A DNA stretch of 64,000 nt, taken from positions 8,929 to 72,928 of IMG/VR virus record IMGVR_UViG_3300032312_001355. One strand, 5' to 3'. This document shows, in pieces, positions 9,201 to 17,991 of the stretch. The notes beneath the pieces were generated by a model. The model ran no database searches. It saw only the letters and a list, made by a program, of their open reading frames with translations, and had not been told where the DNA came from. The stretch is from a virus. Its lineage: Duplodnaviria > Caudoviricetes. Both the position numbers and the translations under genes were made by a program. Numbering within the stretch: the stretch's first letter is position 1; the number at the start of each line of letters is the position of its first letter.

Positions 9201-12200
9201 CAGAAGAAGAAAAGAACTTCATTAGAAAAATATCTGCCTTACTGTTTGATCAAGTAGGCAAGGCTCTCTCTGCGGCTAAAGCAGATAAGGGATTAAAAGC
9301 TCTTGAAGGATTAACAGATCGACAACTATATGACTTGTTCGGTCCTTTCAATGTATTAAAGCTCAATGAGCTTCTTAAGAGAGCTATGGAAAGCGATAAG
9401 GAAAGTGTCTACGGAAATCGCAAAGATATGATTTCCAAGATTATGTTCCTTAAGTATGGTGCTGGATTTAAGAGCAATGAAACTCCGTTTATGCGTAAGT
9501 CAATGGATGAGTTTGAAAATAGTTTAATGCGTAGCTCTACTAAAGAACTAGAACAGATTCTTGATCTTTACTACGATGACATGGATGCAAGAGTAGCTGA
9601 ACAGAACGAAGAAAAAGAAAAAGCAGATGAGCTAAAAAGAGCACGAGAGCGTCGCCGTAAAGCTGCTGAAGATAAACTTCTTGAGAAGTATGGGGACGAT
9701 GCAGATGCTGAAAAACCAGAAGAGGAAGTAGAGCCTGAGCCAGAAGTAGAGACTCCAGCTGAACCACCTCTACCACCTCTTTCTGCTGACGCTAAAGAGA
9801 TTCTTAAAGCTCTTATTGATAGACGCCGCAAGATTCAAAGAAAAATTGATAAAGCAGATCTTGATGAGACAACTACTGCTGCAAAGAAAAAAGCTCTTAA
9901 AGATGAGCTTGATGAAGTAACTAGAATTATTGATTCTCTTGTCCTAGGTGAAAAACCAGCCGAGAAGCCAGAAGAAACTCCTACTGCAGAGGTTAAGGAA
10001 ACAGAAAAGCCTCAAGAACCACAACCAAGTATTACTTCAGTTTTTGCACCTAACTTAAAAGCTGGAGATGTTTTCAAGGATGACTACTTTACAATTGTAA
10101 GTATTGAAACAGGTCTTACTAAAGAAAGAGATATGGAGATAGTTCCAGCAACTAGACTTACTGGATACTATCCAAACTCTGTAGAGCAGAGCACCAAACT
10201 TTGGGCAGATGATACAGAAGTAGATGTGTATCGTGGAGTTACACCTCCATCAAAGGGAGATCTACCAGTACTTAGCAAGCCAGAAATGAAATCCTTTAGT
10301 CCTACTGGAAAACTTCAAATAATTGGAACGTTTAAGAGAAAAGACGGCTCTGAAGGAAAGAAGTGGGGCCTAAAGAACCCAGCTGACGTAGAAAAATACA
10401 ACGCAGCTATGGATGAGTATAAAGAAGAACGTAAACGTCGTATGGCGCTTTGGACTCCTCCAGAGGTTACAACTGTCAATAACGATAATGCAAATACCCC
10501 TGTTAACCCACCCGAGAAATCATCTTATGTATCTAACGTCCCAGCATCTGACGTTCAAGTTGGCGATATTGCATTTAGAAAGAACAAGTACGGGGCTAGA
10601 GAGTTCTTCACGGTTACCAAGGTTCTTGGAACTAAAGATGGAGTTACATCTCTTGAAGGACACTATGTTGGACATCAAACACAGGTTAAGGAATGGCGTG
10701 AAGCTACTCCAATCGACATTATTCGTGGAGAAGTAAATCTTCCAGCATCAGGAGACAAAGAACCTCTAGATAGACCAGATAAATCTCTTCCTAACTATTC
10801 TCAACTTGAAAAAGAACGTCAAGAAAAAATTGCAGAGGCAGATAAGGGTTATACCTTTAATGCTGAAGGATCTATCGAAGCTACACCAAAAGTATCCAAA
10901 CCAAGACTACCTGCATTCTATGGGTCAGCAGAAGAGCTTTTGGCTCTTGGAGATGGAGCTAATATTCAATCAGCTCTAGATGCTAGAGAAAATGGATATG
11001 TAGTTTTTGACTTTGAAACTTTAGGAAACGATGTACAGAATGTATTAAATCCAGACGCACCTATCCAAGCAGCTGCAGTTAGATATGTTGGTGGTGAAAA
11101 GGTAGAAGAGCTTAACATCTACATTAATCCTGAGAAGCCTTTGGGCGATTACTATTATGAAACAGATAGTGAAGGAAATAAAGTTCTTCGTGCAAATAGA
11201 ATGAGAGATGCCGAAGGCAATCCAATAACAGATGAATGGTTAGCTACACAGCCAAGTATTCAAGAACAACTACAAAAACTTGTTGACTTCTTTGGACCAG
11301 ACCCTATTCTTGTTGGACAAAACATTGGCTTTGATTTAAACGTGCTACAACGCTGGTCTCAAAAAGTTGGAATTGACTTCGAACTAAAGGGATCAATTGA
11401 CACGCTACCAATTGCTCAAGCACTACAAAAAATTGAACGTGGAACAGTTACATTCCCAGAGAATCCTGCAGAAGGAGATGAAGCTCTCTCTGCTCTAGGA
11501 AATGCTTGGACATGGAGTGGAACAGCGTGGAAAGCACCTTCTAATGCTCTTAATCAATTAGCGGAGCGTCTAGGAGTAACTACTGACTCTTCTGATTTCC
11601 ACAATGCATTATTCGATGTTGGAGTAACTGATCAAGTTTTAAGAAAGCTACTTGAAAATCTTAAAGCTGGCAACATCCCTACTGGAGGAAGCGCAGCTTA
11701 TGCAGAAGGATTTAAGAAGTGGGTACTTTCTCTAGCTGAAGAAAAGAAGAAAGCTTCTAAGAGAGAAGCTGACAAGATTGTTTCTGAAGGACTTGCTGGA
11801 AAACCTGTAACTGGTGAAAATGTTGATGCAGCTGTAGATGAAGTAAATTCTGTAGTAGAAGAGCCTGTAACTATTGTTGAAGGCGAAGAATCTTCAGACT
11901 CTCCAAAGGAATATGTTTCACCTCTATATGGAGATAAACTTAGTGAAGAATGGGTTAAAGATCCAGAAAACACAGACTTTATCTCTAACGCAAGAATAAA
12001 AGACTTAAAAGTCTCAGACTTTATTACTGGCTCTGATGGAGAGCTTTACGAAATTATTAAACTTGAAGATGATGAAGTACAGCCGGGCAACGCAGTAAGA
12101 ATTATTAGAGCAAATCTTAATACTGGTCAGATTCTCGAAGAAAGACAATCAGAAAGAGATGATGGAGGAACTGGATTCTTCCTAGTTGGAAAAGTTGATG

Positions 12201-15200
12201 GTGGCTTCTATCGCAGAAAAGACAATGCCGATAAGAGCAATGCTCAAATAGAAACAGAAACTATCGAAGCTATTCCAGATGTTGATCCAGTTGTTATCCC
12301 TGAAGTACAGCCTGTTAAGGGTGAGAATGTAACTCCTGAGCAGGTAGCAACAGTTGTTAACGATGCAATTGATGCGATCACAACCTCTAAGCCAGATGCA
12401 TCTATTGAAGAAGCTGTCAAGGGTCTTAATGTTGATGAAACCATTAAAGAGGCAGTAACTGCTAAGCCTGAAAACGCAGAAGGAGAAACAGGTTTCCATA
12501 TCTCCTCTGACGGAGTTACTTTAATTAAGCCTGGAGACAAGGTTATCCACGCTAAGACTAAGAGAACTGGAACTGTAAGCGTTCTCCTTCCTTCATATCA
12601 GGGTGGAAAATATAAGAATTATGTAAAAGTTAGATATGACGATTCTAATGAAAGAGAGCCTGTAGCATCTAAGAATCTTTCAATTGTTTTCCGACCTGAA
12701 TTTGTACCAGTAGTTAAGCCTAAAGGTGAGACAACTGTTAAAGATATTTCAAACAAGATCAAGGATATTCAAGGAACAACACCTGCAGAAGGTTCAGTAA
12801 ATCCTGATGAGCTTGCAGAGAAGTTTAAGTCTGCAGAAAAAGAACGAGATGACAAGGTAAAGGAAACTAACTTTGTAAAGACATCTACTTCTGTAGTTGC
12901 AAAGGTAAAAGAAAATCTTCCAGCACGAGGAACAACTGAAAGCTCTCTTCCAAGTCTTAAAACTGGAAATCTATTCGATGTAACTTTTGCAATAGACAAA
13001 CCAACTGAGAAAGAGCTTAAAGATAAAGGCGTAGACTTAAGCCTAGATTCAGCAGATGACTTAATTGTATTTAGAGCAACTAAAGATTTATTCCTCAGAA
13101 ATCAACCTGTTGCAACTATTAAACCAGACGGATCAATTATCTGGCGTACCGAGAACGACAAGCGTTCATTCTCATTAGAGCTTGAAAGAGTTCTTCAAGA
13201 TTTCATAGATCCAGTAACAAATCTTAACGCAATGATTGTTATCAATGAACCAGAAGATACTGAAGGAACAGACGCCGATAACTTTGGCAACGGAACTCTT
13301 CTTGGTGAATCAGAGAGCTCATTTGACTATAACAACATCTCTAACTTCCCTCCAACAGAGGAGCAGAAGAAGATTGTTGATGCAATTATGACTGGTGGGG
13401 ATGTCATAGTTCAAGCTTTGGCTGGCACTGGAAAGACTTCTACTCTAGTTCTTGCTGCAAAGAGAATTTTGGCAGAAAATCCAGCTAAAAAACTTCTTTA
13501 CATTGTATTTAATAAGGAAACTGCTGAAGAAGCTCAAGGCAGAATGCCTCAGAACGTAGATTCTAGAACTATGGACAACATTGTCTACTCAATGCTTCCA
13601 GATAATCACAAGGAAAGAAATAAACTTAGCAGTGTCTTTAAGATAAATGAGAGAAGTCTTATCGATTACACTGACTATGTAAACCTATTTGAGTACTACC
13701 AGTACGAGCCAGTAACTGTATCTATCAGAGGCACAGAAACAACTCTAGGAAGAAACGATCTTGTTCAAGAAATAAGAGAAGCAGTAGATAGATTTGCAAT
13801 TTCAGCAGACGATGTTTTAACTGAAAAGCATTTCACTAAGAAAACTCCATTCTACGACACAGTTCCACCAATTCTTGTCGAGTATGCAAAGAAAATGTGG
13901 AAAGATGTAAGTACTGAAGAAGGTTGGGACCCTTCCTCAAAGAAGCTGTCAAGAATTGATTATTCACATATGCTTAAAGCTTGGGCACTAACTAAGCCTC
14001 AATTTATAGATGGTTTAAACTCTGGATCAACTAGCACTAAGCAATTTAAAGATAGAAAGAACGATATGTTCTTCTTTGATGAAGCTCAGGATATGAACCC
14101 AGTAATTGTAAAACTTTTGGCTGACCAAGAAGGAATTCAAAAGGTATATGTTGGAGATAGTAATCAAGCTATCTATGCATTCCGTGGAGCTGTAGATGAG
14201 CTTAATAACGTAAAGAATGCAAAAGAGCTATACCTAACTCAGACATTCCGTTTCGGTGCAAAGGTTGCAGGAATAGGAAACAGATTCCTAACTCTACTTA
14301 ACTCTAAAAATAAGGTAGTAGGAAAGCCTGGAGAAGACGACGGCGAAATTGTAGAGAATATGGAAGACCCTACTGCAATTATTGCTAGATCAAACGGTGG
14401 AGTTATCGACAGTGTCTTTGACCTATTAGCTAAGGGAAAGAACCCAGGATTAAACTTAGAGACCTACTACAAGGCTATGTCATATGCAAAGTCTGCAGCA
14501 TGGTTGATTGCAGCTAACAAGGGAACACCTGCATACAAGAAGCCAAAACTCCATGAAGATTTAGCAGGTTTCCAAAACTGGAACGAAGTCCTAAAGGCAG
14601 TTCAGGATGGCAAATCAGTAGGTGGAGCGATGTACATGGTTCGTCTTCTAAGAGATAGAAAGATGACTATAAAAGAGTTGGTAGATAAGCTCAACAGTAT
14701 TACTCCTATCCGTGGTACAGGGTTTAGAACAGATGCATACGTTCCTGTAGGCAAGGAAGCACTCGCAGACGGAATTACTGGAGAGCTCGGTACTGGTAGA
14801 ACTAATAGTGGGTTTAAAGGAAAGCTTACATACACAATTAAAGACGGAGTAATATCTTTCCAAAACTCAAAGTCATATAAAGATTTTCTTTTGAAGGACT
14901 TTACATATAACCCAGAAAAATTCTCTTTTGAAAAGGCTTTTGGAAAAGAGCAAGAAGAAGATATCCTTAATTTAATTAACGATGTTAGACGATGGGTACA
15001 AAACTATCCTCCAAGAATCCCTATTGACGCTGAAATTATTACAGCACATAAGTCAAAGGGTAAAGAATGGGATCGCGTAAAGCTTTTTGATGATTTCAAG
15101 CAACCTGAGATCAATGATGAAGGAGAGATGCAACTTCCTGACCCAGAAGAACTCAGAATCTCATACGTTGCGGCTACTCGTGCAAAGAAGTCTATTGACA

Positions 15201-17044
15201 TTGGAGAAAACCTAAAGTGGATTTACGATGTCACATCTGAAGATGATGAAAAGCCTCAGCTAACTGACGTCGAAAAACTTAGCGGAATGACCGTTACACC
15301 AGATCCAGAACCTGTAACTCCAGAAGAGGTTGGCAACGAGGTTGTCAAGGCTAGAAAGATTACAGATCAGAAGACTTTGGAAGTTGCTAACCGACTAATC
15401 GAACTTATTGAAAAGGGCGTTGTTCCTTGGACAAAGGGATGGTCTGGTGGAGGCTTCCTTCCAACAAACGGAAAAACAAACAAGAGTTATCAAGGAACTA
15501 ACACACTTGCTCTCTGGGCAGCAATGCATCTAAATGATTGGACAGACCCTAGATTCTTAACCTTCAATCAAGGTAAATCACTAGGAGGCTTTGTTCGTAA
15601 GGGCGAGACAGGCACAAAGATTCTAAAGCCTAACGTTGTAACTAAAGAAGTAAAGCAGCCAGATGGAAGCATTAAAAAAGAAGGATACATCTACTTTACA
15701 GAAGTTCCAGTATTTAACGTTTCTCAGTTTGAGAAACTAAACCTTCCACCTTTGGTAAAGAAGGATCCAGTACCTGTATTAGATATTGAAACTCAAATAC
15801 TAGAGTCATATAAAGATCACCCAGAGATTATTTACCGTCCTCAAGATAAGGCTTATTACTTACCTTCTGTAGACAAGATTTACTTACCTTTAAGAGAGCA
15901 ATTTGATACTAGTATCGGTTTCATAGAGACATTTTTCCACGAACTAGGTCACAGTACAGGACACGTTTCACGTCTAGGTAAAGAAGGAAAGCGCAAGGAT
16001 CTTCAAGATAATTATGGCAACCATAAAGCAAGCCGTGGTGAAGAAGAACTTATTGCAGAAATTACAGTTGCACTTATTGCTGCAGAGTTTGGTGTTGAAA
16101 TTGACTGGGGAAATACAGCTTCATACGCACAAGGATGGTTAAAGCCTCTCAAGGATGATCCGGGAATGATTATCATTGCTGCAAAGCAAGCTCAAGATGC
16201 AGTTAACTGGATGCTTGGAATTAAGCCAGAAGATAAGAACGCAACTCCAGAACCTGATGCACAAGCACCAGAAGCTGGCGAAGGCGTAGGCAGTGAAGGT
16301 CAGACTGGAGAGCAAATTGCTGATCAAAAACCTGAAACTCCAGAAGCAACTCCAGAACCTAATGTTGGAGAGCAAGGCCAAACTGGAGAAGAGATTGCTA
16401 AAAATACTCCAAAGAATAAAGATGCCTCTAAACAACCTACAAAACTTACTGTCAATGATGAAGAATACGATCTATGGGATGACATTAACTATGACCGTAC
16501 TTCAGAAGAAGGAAAAGATAACGATAATTTAGAGTCTGCACACGGAATTTTTGCCTCAAGAATTCTAGAAGGACAAGAGCTAATTAAAGATAGAAATGAA
16601 ATTGGAAAATACATTGCCGACATATTGAAAAAATATGGTTACGGCAACAAGCTCTTCTATTTGGCTGGAGGATCTGTAGCCGATAAGATGCTAGGAGATG
16701 ACCCTTCATGGGAAGGTTCCGATGGAACTCCTTATGGTGGAGGAATTGAAGCTGGTATAGGTCTTGCAAATAGCGAAGCTTTCGCAGATGGAGATCCTTT
16801 AAAGGGTGTCGAGTTCCCTGTAGTTCTGGTTAGAAAAAGAGGAATTTCTAAGGTAGCTTTGCTTCACGAAATAGCTCACCTTATGGAAGGTGGATGGAAG
16901 AGCAATACTGGAGGAGGCCATAATCAAGCATGGCACCAGACATTGCTGACATTGCTACGACAAGAGGGTTTTCAAAAAGAAGCTAATCTACTAGCATTAA
17001 CCATAGGAGAAGTGAAAGGAGATACAGGTGTTATCAATCCCTGA
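6203..17044 (+). CDS. Giant polyvalent protein (3613 aa): SH3-like repeats, DEDDh exonuclease, UvrD-like SF1 helicase, ArdC-like ssDNA-binding domain plus zincin, second zincin
   Basis: FDFET/GQNIGFD/HNALFD exonuclease motifs (about 11.0-11.65 kb); ALAGTGKT, FDEAQD, VGDSNQAIY, TAHKSKG, YVAATRAK helicase motifs (13.35-15.22 kb); LIEKGVVPW...FLTFNQ...VRKGE...VFNVSQ and HELGH...EELIAE (15.39-16.22 kb); HEIAH...GH..W (16.86-16.94 kb). Confidence 0.85.
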   Translation: MENKIVVSSYRAYSSREQARFIRQEANVLLEKANEFSTTSRRVNRRSAYKVLARSLQKTRGLPFSIRKHQALTELSNYISLAKYNKVIGLEAFNTDLLPTSHPRSTRMNSMSASAIAEAQMRWILDDPRIKDETVKSLLASAMFSPIDSPEHKYSMIRLENMPQGQVPVEVLLAAANPFAGKNSAAARRAREAVQLSDRFERWINMGRSAAKRATDGFRVYVARNDGSTRSLSGELLNQNMFDPNLVDIEMGKGKVATVPTKLGEGLEAFIKSKDSQDGYSSVEAEVPNGAQVLPENSIVVSDAPSIYRKDEGNKYTDDKYDIVKFDNPKAAQTAISDGQKRAAELDKPEPKLLKKGEVDADSGKQFWDIEEPVFGLYRRGKNTPLAFAQSWKDVNNEILRDEPFLDEDEGREYTRPEPQTADDNVPLLDQADEIFKPAKKKSEKKEKVSSFPYEVPDRAYEFNPNEEYTPEFEFDDPVSIANDQTPEELEDALLTSVEPVSDTEKATGYAPINFTDGRERDVPAEAIAAAIREQGGDAEMALAQAYDKIAGDNKNQEALDKSRGAKDEKKLEEETKKADKILKDAEKEAKKIKKPTSDEIIEEEIQKPEPKATTAEPEDAPTEGLEDLEDVSEDTYVPPLLEGLSEEELASFKEDGDYRPFLPKNADIDTPEGLYKLDPNPVDPKENYTPKDLQGEVPPTTALDLSANTVKDLTNELSNAINGTGEHGAGFGEMLTEDPNGELVNSPVPAEALRDALQLKGKDTDAIIEKINKKAAKAKAKIKPPVSEEPEVEPDTKEEEPKPKKAVTYKRSGNRTLLRAGKGGAFKDKEIADFLDENGFEWTGTVERDGQTLPVNSESATQTDEEFKAFARELRDRFGIDLEPRAATAKSPAQEPIDIDAPAPEPEVPTPAPTPEPTPEEVTPEEPVVTPEETPKPVEDEKDNWIKQEDGTWVNTSTGEIVEELPEGATEGKPAPEEPTVPTPTPEEETPVVEETPKTEEEKNFIRKISALLFDQVGKALSAAKADKGLKALEGLTDRQLYDLFGPFNVLKLNELLKRAMESDKESVYGNRKDMISKIMFLKYGAGFKSNETPFMRKSMDEFENSLMRSSTKELEQILDLYYDDMDARVAEQNEEKEKADELKRARERRRKAAEDKLLEKYGDDADAEKPEEEVEPEPEVETPAEPPLPPLSADAKEILKALIDRRRKIQRKIDKADLDETTTAAKKKALKDELDEVTRIIDSLVLGEKPAEKPEETPTAEVKETEKPQEPQPSITSVFAPNLKAGDVFKDDYFTIVSIETGLTKERDMEIVPATRLTGYYPNSVEQSTKLWADDTEVDVYRGVTPPSKGDLPVLSKPEMKSFSPTGKLQIIGTFKRKDGSEGKKWGLKNPADVEKYNAAMDEYKEERKRRMALWTPPEVTTVNNDNANTPVNPPEKSSYVSNVPASDVQVGDIAFRKNKYGAREFFTVTKVLGTKDGVTSLEGHYVGHQTQVKEWREATPIDIIRGEVNLPASGDKEPLDRPDKSLPNYSQLEKERQEKIAEADKGYTFNAEGSIEATPKVSKPRLPAFYGSAEELLALGDGANIQSALDARENGYVVFDFETLGNDVQNVLNPDAPIQAAAVRYVGGEKVEELNIYINPEKPLGDYYYETDSEGNKVLRANRMRDAEGNPITDEWLATQPSIQEQLQKLVDFFGPDPILVGQNIGFDLNVLQRWSQKVGIDFELKGSIDTLPIAQALQKIERGTVTFPENPAEGDEALSALGNAWTWSGTAWKAPSNALNQLAERLGVTTDSSDFHNALFDVGVTDQVLRKLLENLKAGNIPTGGSAAYAEGFKKWVLSLAEEKKKASKREADKIVSEGLAGKPVTGENVDAAVDEVNSVVEEPVTIVEGEESSDSPKEYVSPLYGDKLSEEWVKDPENTDFISNARIKDLKVSDFITGSDGELYEIIKLEDDEVQPGNAVRIIRANLNTGQILEERQSERDDGGTGFFLVGKVDGGFYRRKDNADKSNAQIETETIEAIPDVDPVVIPEVQPVKGENVTPEQVATVVNDAIDAITTSKPDASIEEAVKGLNVDETIKEAVTAKPENAEGETGFHISSDGVTLIKPGDKVIHAKTKRTGTVSVLLPSYQGGKYKNYVKVRYDDSNEREPVASKNLSIVFRPEFVPVVKPKGETTVKDISNKIKDIQGTTPAEGSVNPDELAEKFKSAEKERDDKVKETNFVKTSTSVVAKVKENLPARGTTESSLPSLKTGNLFDVTFAIDKPTEKELKDKGVDLSLDSADDLIVFRATKDLFLRNQPVATIKPDGSIIWRTENDKRSFSLELERVLQDFIDPVTNLNAMIVINEPEDTEGTDADNFGNGTLLGESESSFDYNNISNFPPTEEQKKIVDAIMTGGDVIVQALAGTGKTSTLVLAAKRILAENPAKKLLYIVFNKETAEEAQGRMPQNVDSRTMDNIVYSMLPDNHKERNKLSSVFKINERSLIDYTDYVNLFEYYQYEPVTVSIRGTETTLGRNDLVQEIREAVDRFAISADDVLTEKHFTKKTPFYDTVPPILVEYAKKMWKDVSTEEGWDPSSKKLSRIDYSHMLKAWALTKPQFIDGLNSGSTSTKQFKDRKNDMFFFDEAQDMNPVIVKLLADQEGIQKVYVGDSNQAIYAFRGAVDELNNVKNAKELYLTQTFRFGAKVAGIGNRFLTLLNSKNKVVGKPGEDDGEIVENMEDPTAIIARSNGGVIDSVFDLLAKGKNPGLNLETYYKAMSYAKSAAWLIAANKGTPAYKKPKLHEDLAGFQNWNEVLKAVQDGKSVGGAMYMVRLLRDRKMTIKELVDKLNSITPIRGTGFRTDAYVPVGKEALADGITGELGTGRTNSGFKGKLTYTIKDGVISFQNSKSYKDFLLKDFTYNPEKFSFEKAFGKEQEEDILNLINDVRRWVQNYPPRIPIDAEIITAHKSKGKEWDRVKLFDDFKQPEINDEGEMQLPDPEELRISYVAATRAKKSIDIGENLKWIYDVTSEDDEKPQLTDVEKLSGMTVTPDPEPVTPEEVGNEVVKARKITDQKTLEVANRLIELIEKGVVPWTKGWSGGGFLPTNGKTNKSYQGTNTLALWAAMHLNDWTDPRFLTFNQGKSLGGFVRKGETGTKILKPNVVTKEVKQPDGSIKKEGYIYFTEVPVFNVSQFEKLNLPPLVKKDPVPVLDIETQILESYKDHPEIIYRPQDKAYYLPSVDKIYLPLREQFDTSIGFIETFFHELGHSTGHVSRLGKEGKRKDLQDNYGNHKASRGEEELIAEITVALIAAEFGVEIDWGNTASYAQGWLKPLKDDPGMIIIAAKQAQDAVNWMLGIKPEDKNATPEPDAQAPEAGEGVGSEGQTGEQIADQKPETPEATPEPNVGEQGQTGEEIAKNTPKNKDASKQPTKLTVNDEEYDLWDDINYDRTSEEGKDNDNLESAHGIFASRILEGQELIKDRNEIGKYIADILKKYGYGNKLFYLAGGSVADKMLGDDPSWEGSDGTPYGGGIEAGIGLANSEAFADGDPLKGVEFPVVLVRKRGISKVALLHEIAHLMEGGWKSNTGGGHNQAWHQTLLTLLRQEGFQKEANLLALTIGEVKGDTGVINP

Positions 17045-17063
17045 AGATATGGAAGAGGCTATT

Positions 17064-17150
17064 ATGCCAAAAGCTTTATCTGACAATCAAAAGTCATTTC
17101 CAGCAATGAAAGAATCTGAAAAAGACTCTGAAAAAAAGGATAATGTATAA
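17064..17150 (+). CDS. Small ORF (28 aa, MPKALSDNQ...), not in ORF track
   Basis: RBS GAAGAGG; TAATG coupling to next ORF. Confidence 0.4.
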   Translation: MPKALSDNQKSFPAMKESEKDSEKKDNV

Positions 17151-17287
17151 TGAGTCTTACAGATAAAGAACTTTACACAGAGGCAATGATTGCTGCATAC
17201 AGAAGGCTTATGGATGTAGCTTTCTGGGACCCAGCAGCAGCCGATGATGACGAAGATGCTGAACCTAAAAAGGAAGAGGATAAATGA
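17150..17287 (+). CDS. Small acidic protein (45 aa, MSLTDKELYTEAMIAAYRR...), not in ORF track
   Basis: TAATG overlap upstream and ATGA overlap downstream fill the gap exactly. Confidence 0.55.
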   Translation: MSLTDKELYTEAMIAAYRRLMDVAFWDPAAADDDEDAEPKKEEDK

Positions 17288-17991
17288 AAACCGTAGTGGT
17301 TAAGTCTTATCCTGAAGAAGGAATGGCTCTTGCATACCTAAAAGGTGAAGATGTTGTAAAGCAACTAGTTTTTTATAGTGAACGATTTGGGATTTCTACT
17401 CTCATAGATGGCAAGTTTCGCTCATACGCAGAAGGCGATGTAAGTCTTGACGGTAAGTCATTTATCTACATTGAACCAGCTAACTACAAAGTTGTCCGTG
17501 AAATGTTTCAAAGAGCAGAGTCAATGGGTAAATATCTTACTTACAAAGATGTAGAAAAATACAGAGTAGATTATGTACTTAAGAAAGCTATGACAGCAGC
17601 TGTAGAGACATCTGAAGGATGTCCTCCTGCAACCCAAGATATTGGTATTAATCTTGATAATCGTAAGAACGCTATTGACACCGCTATGTACGGACCTCTC
17701 AATCCTCTAGAACCTAACGATGAGTACTGGGAAGCGATTGCTGACGAATGGTCAGTTGATAAAGAGACTGCAAAGAAGCAACTTTGTGGCAATTGTGCTG
17801 TATTTATTCAGACTCCAAAGATGCTTGATTGTATTGCTTCTGGGCTTGGTAATGAAGAAGGAAATGATGCTTGGGGCTCAATTGATGCTGGAGATTTAGG
17901 GTATTGTGAAGCATTCGACTTTAAATGCGCTGCATCCCGCACATGTCGTGCATGGGTCGCTGGTGGACCAGTAACAGAGGAGAGCAAGTAA
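17284..17991 (+). CDS. Cys-rich putative head-associated protein
   Basis: C-terminal LCGNCAVF...C...GYCEAFDFKCAASRTCRAWVAGGP domain; located in the head operon. Confidence 0.6.
   Translation: MKTVVVKSYPEEGMALAYLKGEDVVKQLVFYSERFGISTLIDGKFRSYAEGDVSLDGKSFIYIEPANYKVVREMFQRAESMGKYLTYKDVEKYRVDYVLKKAMTAAVETSEGCPPATQDIGINLDNRKNAIDTAMYGPLNPLEPNDEYWEAIADEWSVDKETAKKQLCGNCAVFIQTPKMLDCIASGLGNEEGNDAWGSIDAGDLGYCEAFDFKCAASRTCRAWVAGGPVTEESK

Noticed and set aside
7263-16769. Numerous short antisense or alternative-frame ORFs inside the giant gene and other long genes
   Set aside because: Fully nested in long genes with coherent domains; no RBS or recognisable motifs
6203-17044. Intein or homing endonuclease as the reason for the giant gene size
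   Set aside because: No C/S-start...HN-C/S/T splice junctions or LAGLIDADG/HNH motifs recognised; the L..GD modules look SH3-like
17925-17990. Track start of the protease at 17925 (also 39887, 42240, 46853, 47740 for other genes)
   Set aside because: Downstream starts with RBS or stop-start coupling (17991, 39938, 42258, 46907, 47962) are more plausible
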